A stretch of DNA of 64,000 bases from Octopus sinensis (lineage: Eukaryota): positions 40,858,001-40,922,000 of the forward strand of contig NC_042997.1 of the NCBI RefSeq assembly GCF_006345805.1, written 5' to 3'. This document shows, in pieces, positions 28,303-40,100 of this stretch (positions are counted from its first letter, which is position 1; the number at the start of each line of letters is the position of its first letter). A model generated the notes under the pieces. That model was given only the letters and a program-made list of their open reading frames with translations, was not told the origin of the DNA and searched no databases. Made by a program: the position numbers and the translations under genes.

Positions 28303-29826
28303 CTTTCTGCACAATGGCTGCTGCAACACCTCCCATATGTTCCAATCTACCATTTGCAGCATTAACAATAGCATCTGTGTCCAGAGTCGTGATGTCACCT
28401 TCCCTCAACACGATTTCACAGTTCTTATAATTAACTTTAACTATTTCTTCTGTTTCATTTCCTAAATCTGAATTTAATTTTATACTCTCAGATTTCTTCT
28501 GCTTTTCCCATAAGAAATTGTTTCCTTCTTCAGTTTTCTGGGTTTCTTGAGATCTTAATGTTCCATCTTTTGAGCTGATATCTTTTCTTAAATTTTCTAT
28601 AAATATTTCCATTTTCTTAAATTGCTCTTGTGTTCCTTCCAGGTGTAACTTATTATCTTTGAGACACACATTCTTAATTTTATTTTTCGCACCAAAGTCA
28701 TTGATTTCTTGTTCTTTGAACTCTTTAAGAAAGAGGAAATGTGCATGTGTCATCGATATATAAGATTCATCAGTTAAAGATTGCTTAAAGTTATCAATTT
28801 TGCTTTTTATATCATTAACTACAGCATCAACAGCAACAAGAGAATTTTCTCCAATAAAATGGGAATCTGGAAACTCTTCTTTTAGTTTTTCAACAAATGT
28901 CAGCCACTTTCCATAATGTGGAGTATCCTTAATTTTGTGTACAAAATCCAGTGTGTTGGCGACAAAAGTTTCTTTCATAATTTCTTCCAAAAGTGAAAGA
29001 TGTGTTTTATCACTTGCATAAAGTAATACTGAATCACCATCACCCGTTTCCCATGAACCAATACATTTCTTGTTTCTCAGTTCTTCATCAAGATATTCTT
29101 TCACTGGTTTTTTATTTATGATCATTCCAGTATTTAAAGGCAAACACAATTCAGATTTAACAATTGACTGAAGAATTTTATACATATTCTTGAGACAAGT
29201 AGCTAATTCGGAATACTGGCCTTCAAAAATAACTTTGTTACCATGAATTCTGACTTGTAGATCTTCAGATTGTCTTTCTGCCTGCTCAAAAAATCTGAGA
29301 CCAGATAGAATACGCCTTCCATGAATACTTAAATCATCCTCATATATCGATCTAAGATTATCCAAAAGTCTGTTTTTCATTTTAATCACATTACTTTTAT
29401 CAAATCCAAAAATATGAACTTTATGATATTGGATATCAAAATAAAAATACATCTCATCATCTTCACTTTTCAATGTTCTAGCAACATCTTCAAAAATATT
29501 GGTTGGAACATCAATGATTTCAACAGTAATGGAATTTAATAAGTCTTCCAAACATTGTTCAATTTGCTTCAAATTTCCTTCAGAATAACTTAATTTCAGT
29601 TTATTAAACTTGGAATCTTTCCATATTACTTCAGCCCATTTCTTTAATTGGTCATTAACTATGATTTTATGTCTTTTTAAGAAAGTCAGATGGAACTTGG
29701 AAGGTAGTAAATAGTCATGGACTTGCTGTCTTGAAATGGTATTTTCTTCTGATGGTTCCCTCAATGGTTGAACATCTGACTTCACATTTTGCAGTATATG
29801 ATCTCTGCTACAATCGTCCAGCACAA
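28303..29826 (-). CDS. PARP14-like: Large macro-PARP exon (508 codons): probable RRM end, probable KH-like array, start of macrodomain ([38 protein letters not shown])
   Basis: Open frame of 1524 nt; acceptor ttttcataatttAG at 29828-29827, donor GTTAGT at 28302; phase 1-1, joining the 22331 exon in frame; GDIT/NAAN/GGVA macro motifs; the layout matches PARP14-type proteins (RRM/KH assignment is inference). Confidence 0.85.
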
Positions 29827-29997
29827 CTAAATTATGAAAAAGTAAAAAGATAAAATCATTTCGTTGGTGAGGGATTAGGGGTGAGCTGGGGAGTTTAGTG
29901 GGTAAAGACAGAAAAGTATTTGAAGACAGAAAAATATAATCAACATTTAACAGACACTAAGTAAACACTATCTCTATTAATTATAATAAATACTAGA

Positions 29998-30310
29998 AAC
30001 ATCACTGAAATTCTGGTTTCAAATTTTGGCACAAGGCCAGCAATTTCAGGAGAATGGCTAAGTCAATTACATCAACCCCACTGCTCAACTGGTACTTATT
30101 TTATTGACCATAAACATCACTGAAATTTTGGTTTCAAATTTTGGCACAAGGCCAGCAATTTCAGGAGAGTGGCTAAGTCAATTACATCCACTCCAGTGCT
30201 CAGCTGGTATTTATTTTATTGACCATAAACATCACTGGAATCTTGATTTCAAATTTTAGGACAAGGCCAGCAATTGCAGGAGAGTGGCTAAATAGATTAC
30301 ATCGATCACA
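29998..30310. repeat. 115-bp minisatellite, about 3 units (SINE-derived)
   Basis: AACATCACTG unit starts at 29998, 30113 and 30228. Confidence 0.9.
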
Positions 30311-30599
30311 TTGCAAATGCAAGAGGATGAAAGACATAGTCATCCCTGTCAGTATTTGAACATTGAGTGTGAAGATGGACGAAATACCGCTAGCCATTTC
30401 ATCCGACATGCCCGCCCATCACCATTATCACTGAGATAATAAGAAACATCATCATCATTTAGCGTCTGTTGTCCCTGGTGATATGGGTTGGACAGCTTGA
30501 CCAGGGCTGGTAATGTGGGAGACTGCAACAAATGCCAGTCTGGTTTGGAGTGGTTTTCTATGCCTGGATACTTTGCGATCGTCAACCCATGCCATGCTG

Positions 30600-32036
30600 A
30601 GTTTGTATGTCTTCTCTTGCAGTTCCTGATAATTAGATTCGCAATTAAGAGCTGATCCTTCGTTTCCTGACTTCTTTTACGGTACCCTTTCTGTTTAATG
30701 GGTAGCAGCCCACTTTTTCCCAAGCATCTGTACAGTTCAGCAGCCAAATTACCTGACATTAGTTTCCATGTTGCATCCAAGTTGGATGCAACATTTCCCT
30801 TTCCAGGATCCTTGGAATGTAACAATGTCTTTCCCTTTGTCTTCCAGCTGGGTACTGCACCTTCCTGCAAGCACTCATCTAGCTGTTGCACTTTCCTTTG
30901 ATGGATCCCTCTCAGCTTCTTCATCCAATAATCTGGGACCCCATCCAGTCCTGGGCTCTTCCAATTTGGGAAATTTCTTAACTGCTTTTTTTTATCATTT
31001 CTGTAGTTATTTTTATGTCTTTTTTACCTTCTATATTTCTTAACCTATCTTGGATTTCATGCAGCCACTCTGCTTCATTATTATCATCTGCAGATTGGTA
31101 CCAGATCTCTCTCCAAAATGCCCTACTTTCCTCTGCTTCTGGTATCATTGTTATGTGTAATTGCCCATCCAGTTCCTGAAACAGCTACTTCTGATATGCT
31201 TCTAACAATCTGTTCTGCTTGAATTATTTTCTTCTATTGACATATCTTTCCTGTTTTGCTTTGATTGCTCCAACTCTTTGTTTCATTTCTTCCAATATCT
31301 CATCATACAATTTATCTCTTATTCCATCTGTCCTTTCCAGCATCATTCTTATACTTTCATTCTGCAATTCCCCTCTTCTCAATCTATCAACTTGTCCTAA
31401 ATGCCTTTGTTCCTTACAAATTCCTCTACACCAGAACGGTTCTTTACGTTCTGTTTGTTCTTTCCTTTTCTATCCAATTCTATCTGCAGCAACAGTTGCT
31501 GCACCCCAAATAATCTTGTGAGTTTCAGTGATATTTCTCGTATGGAACAGCCCAAGAACTGAATCTATCTTTATGGTTTCAACCTTGATCTTGCATTGGT
31601 CAATGTACCTCAGATTATGGTGGGGAAGGGTCTTAATGATGGTCTTCTCAAATATATCCTCTCTATGTCTTGTTGGGCATCACCGTATTATTGGGATACA
31701 GCTCTTCCTATTACTTCTGCTTAATTTGTGGAGAATGCATTTACATTTACACTTTGCTCTACATCTTCACTGCCCTTATTTATTTCTCTGTTCTCACTGG
31801 GCACATTATCTGTTGGTGAAGGATTATTTCTCCTTTCTACTTTTCTTTTTATCTCTTCAATTTCCATGTCCGTTAACCACCTTTTTTCTCTAATTGCTCT
31901 TGCTTGGTCGGCTAACAATTGCTCACTTGTTTTGAAGAGTCCTATCTCATTCCATTTGGCTCTCATTCATTGTCAGAATCCCCTTCTGTTGGGTTGATTC
32001 CTGATCCAGCATTCAATTTGATTTCGTGCACAAGCA
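30600..32036 (-). mobile_element. R4/Dong/Rex6-clade non-LTR fragment (copy 1)
   Basis: WNEIGLFKTSEQLLADQARAI..WL and PSWKTKGKTLL..KDPGKGN..WKLMSG..QKG..KDQLLI, motifs typical of R4-clade RT. Confidence 0.75.
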
Positions 32037-32379
32037 ACATCTTCAAAAATATCGGTTGGAATATCAATGATTTCAACAGTAATGGAATTTAGTAACTCTT
32101 CCAAACATTGTTCAATTTGCTTCAAATTTCCTTCAGAATAACTTAATTTCAGTTTATTAAACTTGGAATCTTTCCATATTACTTCAGCCCATTTCTTTAA
32201 TTGGTCATTAACTTTGATTTTATGTCTTTTTAAGAAAGTCAGATGGAAATTGGAAGGTAGTAAATAGTCATGGACTTGCTGTCTTGAAATGGTATTTTCC
32301 TCTGATGGTTCCCAGAATGGTTGAACATTTAACTTCACACCTTCCAGTTGATGTCGTCTTCTACAAACGTCCAGAACAA
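31973..32379 (-). pseudogene. Truncated duplicate of the large macro-PARP exon (intact acceptor, about 116 exon codons, read-through into R4 DNA to TGA)
   Basis: Acceptor tttcctaattcAG at 32381-32380; VLDVCRRRHQLEGVKLNVQPFWEPSEENTISRQQ..FEDVA then CARNQIECW..stop at 31973-31975. Confidence 0.85.
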
Positions 32380-32588
32380 CTGAATTAGGAAAAGGTAAAA
32401 AGACAAAATCATTTCGTTGGTGAAGGATTGGGGGTGAGCTGGGGAGTTCAGTGGGTAAAGACAGAAAAAAGTATTTGAAGACAAAGTAATATGTTATTAG
32501 TATAATACATTAGCAAACAGAAAAATATAATCAACATTTAACAGATACTAAGTAAACACTATCTCTATTAATTATAATAAATACTAGA

Positions 32589-33045
32589 AACATCACTGGA
32601 ATGCTGGTTTCAAATTTTGACACAAGGCCAGCAATTTCAGGAGAGTGGCTAAGTCAGTTACATCAACCCCAGTGCACAACTGGTACTTATTTTATTGACC
32701 ATAAACATCACTGGAATTTTTGTTTCAAATTTTGGCACAAGGCCAGCAATTTCAGGAGAGTGGAGTGGGTAAGTCAATTACAAAGACCCCTGTGCATAAC
32801 TGGTACTATTTTATTGACCATAAACATCACTGGAATTTTTGTTTCAAATTTTGGCACAAGGCCAGCAATTTCAGGAGAGTGGCTAAGTCAGTTACATCAA
32901 CCCAGTGCTAAACTGGTACTTATTTTATTGACCATAAACATCACTGGAATTTTTGTTTCAAATTTTGGCACAAGGCCAGCAATTTCAGGAGAGTGGCTAA
33001 GTCAATTACATCAACCCCAGTGCACAACTGGTACTTATTTTATTG
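32589..33045. repeat. 115-bp minisatellite, 4 units (duplicate copy)
   Basis: Unit starts at 32589, 32704, 32823 and 32937. Confidence 0.9.
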
Positions 33046-34750
33046 GTAATTAGATTAGCAATCAAGAGCTGATCCTTCGTATCCTGGCTCCTTTTACTGT
33101 ACCCTTTCTGTTTAATGGGTAGCAGCCTACTTTTTCCCAAGTATCTGTACAGTTCAGCAGCCAAATTACCTGACATTAGTTTCCATGTGAGCAGAAAGCA
33201 TGTTATTGTTCTAAAGTTGGATGCAGCATTTCCCTTTCCAGGATCATTGGCACGTAACAATGTCTTTCCCTTTGTCTTCCAGCTGGGTACTGCACCTTCC
33301 TGCAAGCACTCATCTAGCTGTTGCACTCTCCTTTGATGGATCCCTCTCAGCTTCTTCATCCAATAATCTGGGACCCCATCCAGTCCTGGGCTCTTCCAAT
33401 TTGGGAATTTTCTTAACTGCTTTTTTTTATCATTTCTGTAGTTATTTTTATGTCTTTTTTGCCTTCTATATTTCTTAACCTATCTTGGATTTCATGCAGC
33501 CACTCTGCTTCATTATTATCATCTGCAGATTGGTACCAGATCTCTCTCCAAAATGCCCTACTTTCCTCTGCTTCTGGTATCATTGTTATGTGTAATTGCC
33601 CATCCAGTTCCTGAAACAGTTACTTCTGATATGCTTCTAACAATCTGTTCTGCTTGAATTATTTTCTTCTATTGTCATATCTTTCCTGTTTTGCTTTGAT
33701 TGCTCCAACTCTTTGTTTCATGTCTTCCAATATCTCATCATACAATTTATCTCTTATTCCATCTGTCCTTTCCAGCATCATTCTTATACTTTCATTCTGC
33801 AATTCTCCTCTTCTCAATCTATCAACTTGTCCTAAATGTCTTTGTTCCTTACAAATTCCTCTACACCAGAACGGTTCTTTACGTTCTGTTTGTTCTTTCC
33901 TTTTCTATCCAATTCTATCTGCAGCAACAGTTGCTGCACCCCAAATAATCTTGTGAGTTTCAGTGATATTTCTCGTATGGAACAGCCCAAGAACTGAATC
34001 TATCTTTCTGGTTTCAACCTTGATCTTGCATTGGTCAATGTACCTCAGATTATGGGGGGGAAGGGTCTTGATCCTGGTCTTCTCAAATATATCCTCTCTA
34101 CGTCTTGTTGGGCATCACCGTATTATTGGGATACAGCTCTTCCTATTACTTCTGCTTAATTTGTGGAGAATGCATTTACATTTACACTTTGCTCTACATC
34201 TTCACTGCCCTTATTTATTTCTCTGTTCTCACTGGGCACATTATCTGTTGGTGAAGGATTATTTCTCCTTTCTACTTTTCTTTTTATCTCTTCAATTTCC
34301 ATGTCCGTTAACCACCTTTTTTCTCTAATTGCTCTTGCCTGGTCGGCTAACAATTGCTCACTTGTTTTGAAGAGTCCTATCTCATTCCATTTGGCTCTCA
34401 TTCATTGTCAGAATCCCCTTCTGTTGGGTTTATTCCTGATCCAGCATTCAATTTGATTTTGTGTACAAGCAGCCTCTGGACTAAAATAGCATAGATTTTG
34501 TGTTTATCTTGTTTCAGTCATGCTAATCTGACCAGATATAGAAAGACAGGAAATTTTTGGTTCACCTTTTCTACAACCTCCCCGGCCTCAAGGTGAGTGG
34601 TGCCCTCTCCAAATGGAACTGCTCAGACACCCATGTAGCAACTGAATTTTACCACTGTCTTGGGCAGCAAGGAGACGATTTTATATCCAGCGTGGGCTGC
34701 CTACGTGCAGGTCGCTGACTACATGCTTCCAACCTGTAAGGTCTGCTTGC
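33045..34750 (-). mobile_element. R4-clade non-LTR fragment (copy 2, extends further 5')
   Basis: Near-identical to 30600-32036; retains NFRTITCFLLTWKL; continues past the duplication junction; right boundary approximate. Confidence 0.72.
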
Positions 34751-34864
34751 TTCACCACCTTCCCTTCACTGTAGGACTTCCGAATAAAAATATACTAAAA
34801 ATGAATGCATATATAAATATATACTAAGAATAAAGATACATATATACTGAAAATAAAAGGAACA

Positions 34865-34910
<46 letters not shown>

Positions 34911-35525
34911 ATATATATATATGTACATGTACATAGATATAGGGGGGAAAAATCAGCACACATCGAGCAGAGGTCAACAATGTCTGTCCAGAGTTGTAGG
35001 TCTAATAAGGTTTGCACAATCCCTCATAGACCCTCTCCACTTTATTGACATTATCCAGAGACAAGCTGGAGCAATATGTCTGATCCCAATATGCACCACA
35101 GGCTCAAGGATGTGCGAATGCTATGATCTCTAGCACAAACCAAATATCCTCAAAATGTCCAATGCCATTCCCTGCATATCTGGTTTTATATCAGAATGAC
35201 CTTCTTCTAGAGACATGCTTCAATAGAAGCTGAGGGGCACTCCCAGTGGTTTTTCAGCACACCAGACACCATCCCAGATATTCTGCATACGCGGTCTATT
35301 GCATTAGGTTCATCCGACTTTTCAGCAGGTCTTGTTTGTAATCTTGCTGGGTTTCTAGCAACCCTCCTCACCAGGATATTCTGGTGGGTGTGCCAGTTTA
35401 GTTGCCGACAACCCAACCATGCAACATATTTTACTGGATTCCATGTTACCAGTAATACTTATGAGAACCTCATAAGTGACCTGACATATATATATAAATA
35501 CATATGTATATATATATATATATCC

Positions 35526-35589
<64 letters not shown>

Positions 35590-35594
<5 letters not shown>

Positions 35595-36690
35595 GGAACT
35601 ATTCAAGTGTGATTGTTACCAGCATCACCTTACTGGCACTTGAGCCTCGTGCTAGTAGGGTGCCAAGAGCACCATCCGAGCGCATGATCGTTGCCAGAGC
35701 AAGCAACTGGCTTCCATGCTGGTGGCACATAAAAGGGCACCATTTGAGCGTGATCATTACCAACATCGCCTTACTGGCACCTGTGCTGGTGGCATGTGTA
35801 AAAAAGATTTGAGCAAGGTCGTTGCCATGACCACCTGACTGGCCCCCATGCCGGTGGCACGTAAAAAGCACCCACTACACTCTCGTAGTGGTTGGCGTTA
35901 GGAAGGGCATCCAGCTGTAGAAACTCTGCCAAATCAAGATTGGAATTTGGTGCAGCCATCTGGTTCGTCAGCCCTCAGTCAAAATCTTCCAACCCATGCT
36001 AGCATGGAAAGCGGACATTAAACAATGATGACGATACACACACATACACACACACATATATATATATATACACACATCATCATCGTCATTGTTGTTTAAC
36101 ATCTGCTTTCTATGCTGGCATGGGTTGGATGGTGTGACTGAAGGCTGTTGAGCCAGAAGGCTGTGCCAGGCTCAATCTGATCTGGCAAAGTTTCTACAGC
36201 TGGATGCCCTTCCTAGTGCCAACCACACCGAGAGTGTAGTGCGTGATTTTACGTGCCACCGGCACGAGGGCCAGTCAGTCAGTTCTGGCAACGACCATAC
36301 TCAAAGGTGTTTTTTACGTGCCACCTGCATGGGAGCCAGTCCAGTGGCACTAGCATCAACCACGTTTGAATGTTATCTTTTCACATGCATCAGCACATGC
36401 GCCGGTAAGGTAGCGCTCGCAACGATCATGCTTGAATGGTGCATTTTATGTGCCACCAGCACAGGAGCTAATCAGCTTGGATGTGCTTTCAATGTTCTAC
36501 TGGCACAAGTGCCAATCAGGTAGTACTGTCATCAGCCATGTCAGAAGTTCTGATTTTGTTTTCACTTGCCTTAACAGGTCTTTGCAAGCAAAGTTTATTT
36601 TCCAATGAATGTAGGGTACTCGTAAGTGGGCTGGTTACACCTACTGGCATAGGGCATGGGTTATGCTCTCACTTGGCTTATTGAATCTTC
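35590..36690. mobile_element. Two back-to-back RTE 3'-tail (SINE-like) copies
   Basis: Same ACGTGCCACCGGCA / CTACAGCTGGATGCCCTTCCTAA tail as 78-640 and 13630-14200; plus-orientation copy ends in GATGACGAT near 36030, minus copy starts at (CAT)n near 36077. Confidence 0.75.
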
Positions 36691-36894
36691 TCAAGCATGT
36701 GTATATGCATATATATATATATATGCAAACAACCCCTAGACTTTTTCTTTAAGCCTGGTGCTTATTCTCTTGATATCTTCCACTGAACTGCTAAGTTACA
36801 GAGACATAAACACACCAACATCGGTTTCTAAGCAATGTGGGGGGGGGGGAACAAACACAGACACAAATACTCACACATAAATATATATAGGACA

Positions 36895-37050
36895 GACTTC
36901 TTTCAGTTTCTGTCAACCAAATCTACTGACATGGTTTTGCTCGGCCCAAGGCTATAGTAGAAGGCACTTGCCCAAAGAGCCACACAGTGAGACTGAACCC
37001 AGAACCATGTAGTTAGGAACCAAGCTTCTTGGCACACAGCCACATTCATG
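36895..37050 (-). mobile_element. Abundant tRNA-derived SINE (related copies near 7720, 19320, 28120, 62840)
   Basis: Minus strand begins GTGGCTGTGTG with B-box-like GGTTCAGTC; shared tail TTTCAGTTTCYRTCWACCAAATYYACTC. Confidence 0.65.
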
Positions 37051-37149
37051 CCTATATATATGTATATATATATACACACACACACACACACATATATATA
37101 GTAGAAATATGTTACAAAAAGAAAATATAAAATACATGTGGCAATGTAA

Positions 37150-40100
37150 GGGTCAAATATGAAAAATCAACGAAAATGCACATTGTAAATAAAAAAAGGC
37201 TTTTTATGAAAGGTAACGACAAATATATACATTTAGATGGACTGAGGTACTAATAAAAGTCATTATTATGAGATGATTATAAAGTCAGAAGACAAAGTGT
37301 ACCATGGTTTCCGTAAAGCTATTCATTGCTTTATAAACACCAGCTAATACACGGTGTCAGGTCCGATAGTTGCTGAGAAAAAAGATTATTTGTAAAAGAA
37401 AAAGAAGAGAAAGAACATCCTCTGGAATAACTCAATCACCATTTGTCTGAATTATGCACCACTCTTCACTCTTTACCTCATAACAATTTTCTAAATGAAA
37501 ATCCCCTTATAGATGATACACAAGACAGCAATACCTCCACACTTACACTATCTATTAAAAACCACATTATCCACATATGGAATGAAAAACTTAAAGCCAT
37601 GAAATTTTCTTTCTGGAATATGATTAAAAATAACCACAAGGCAGAAATCTATGAACACTGGCTAAATTCTACACCAATAATTTTGCCTTGTAAATTCCAA
37701 ATTAAGTGTATTCCAAATGAGCAGGATCAACAAAGGCAATCAAGAGAGAAACTAACACTGGAAAAAATGAAGATAGAAATAGAACTCCTTAAGCTTAGAG
37801 CGCTAAGCACAGAACAAAAATTTAAAAACATAGATGAGGAGATTTACAAGGAATTAAAGAAACATGCAAATGGTCCCCACTTGGAAAGTGTTTTTAAACT
37901 ATGGTAAAACAACTTGCGTGGATGAAGAAACTATGCTGGGATAAACAAGCCAATTTCTTTAATAACTACGAAACTCAACATAGAAAAATAAACCAAAAAC
38001 ACACAGAGAAATGACCCCACATGTATCTAACACAAACCACAAACGGTCTAGGGGACGCAACTCGAGCTTCTTTAACTCTCTTACTCCCCCAAATAACTAT
38101 CAAACAACTATCAATAATTCAACCCATAGGAGTAAATCTAGACTTAATCTTCAAGGTATCCCATATACAAACCAAAGATTACATCGAAACCTCCAGACTA
38201 ACCTAAGTTTTGGTGAACCAATTCCTACCAAGAACTTACCTCCAAGACTTTATCCCCAACATAGCTACCTCAACCAGTCAGCTAGACAAAACATGACCAG
38301 ACAACATAACCTCTCCCTCCACCCATATTACAATATTAAAAATCAATTAAACCCAAACTACAGCCACAGACGATATAACAACCCTCAGTACAACCATAAT
38401 CCAGTACACTACACAACCACTCCACCACAAACATACTACCATAGACACACTTTACACCCATTTTTCCTCAGCAAACCAAACAAAATACAGACCTTCCACA
38501 TCAATCCACCTCCTACAATAATTTTTTAGATGCAAACCAGAGAAACAGAGATGTGAAATGGACCAAAATAAACAAGTCTAACCGAAAATAATCAACCTGT
38601 CAGAGAAGATCCTGAATTCTACACAACCCAAAATCCTAGCAAGAGGTTTAAAATTTACTCCTACTCTCTCAGATCGAACCCAAATGAAATTAAGGACAAT
38701 ACTATGGACTTCTGCCAAAATTTACGCCTCACAGAAGCACTTCACAACTACACCAGCGAAGATGATTCAATAGTGAAAAACAAAAGTGAGTACAGCCTAC
38801 AAAAGCCAGAAATAAAGTACTTGATGTTTTTTGTGAACACATAACCTGTTTTCCTTACAATACCCTACCAAAACAACATATTAAATCCAACCTTAACTTA
38901 AATGAATGGAAAGACCTTGTCGAGCTAAAAAATGACATAAACCTCACCATTAAAGAAGCCGACAAAGAAAGTGCGGTGGTATAGATGGATACAGAGTACT
39001 ACAAAAATTTAATACTTTCCATATTGGAAAATAATACTTACTATGAGAAATTAACACATTACAACCCACAGAAAACACTGAAAAACGTATCCTCCTTACT
39101 CCAAATTCATGGAAAGGGTCTCACTAAACATGAAATAGACTATTTATCCAATTTGAAATACAGTCCTAGACTATTCTTCGGATTACCCAAAATACATAAA
39201 AATCCACACATTTGTGAAGCCTGCAAAGTTTCTACAAGCCTATGCATTAATGTCCTTCCCCCTACTGACCTCAAACTGAGACCCATCATAGCTGGCCCTT
39301 CTTGTGAAACCCACCGTTTGAGCAACTTCCTTGACATATTATTCAAACGTCTTTTAAAATATGTGAAAAGCTTTATCAGGGATGACCTAGACATGCTGAA
39401 CCACCTCCTGAAGACAGTAAAGGAAGGAACCCTGCTGGTATCTTTCGGTGTGGTGAATCTATACACCAATATCCCACATGACTGGTATAGAAGCAATCAC
39501 ATTCTGGCTAGAAAAATACCCAGAAGAGATCCCAGGACGCATTAACCACAGTTTTATAATTGAAGCACTCAAATTCATCCTGCTGAACAATCATTTCATG
39601 TTCGATACATCTTACTATCGACAAAAATGTGGAATTGCAATGGGAACCAGAGCTGCTGCAGTGATTGCAAACCTTGTAATGGTTTACCTAGAATTCAAGT
39701 TATACCAATCAAAAATATGGCACCTCTTTTAAATGCTATTTAAAGGAGAACTGGAAGAGATATTTGGATGATTGCTTCATACTTTGGAAAGACAGCACGG
39801 ATAAACTCCTTGATTTCAAAATAATGCTCAAAAACATATACAGCAATATACAATTTACTATGGAACACATAAGTAAACTACTCCCTTATCTAGACATCTT
39901 AATTAAAATAGTTAACAACCACATAGACACAGACATCTTTTATAACCCACAGATTCTAAACAATACCTATCATTTAACTCCTTCCACCCCAAACACATAA
40001 AAATTAATACACCCTTTAATCTGGCGAAAAGAATTTGCACCATCATTTCGGATACATGCACTCATGAACAAAGACTCCTTGAACTTAGATCAACACTAAC

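Larger units (their letters stand above)
29480..34471. repeat. Tandem segmental duplication, units 29480-32032 and 32033-34467
   Basis: Exon 5' part, intron, 115-bp array and R4 fragment all occur twice; AGCA at 29480-29483, 32033-32036 and 34468-34471 is the junction microhomology. Confidence 0.9.

Noticed and set aside
34950-35480. Possible LINE C-terminal zinc-knuckle fragment
   Set aside because: Too degenerate to assign
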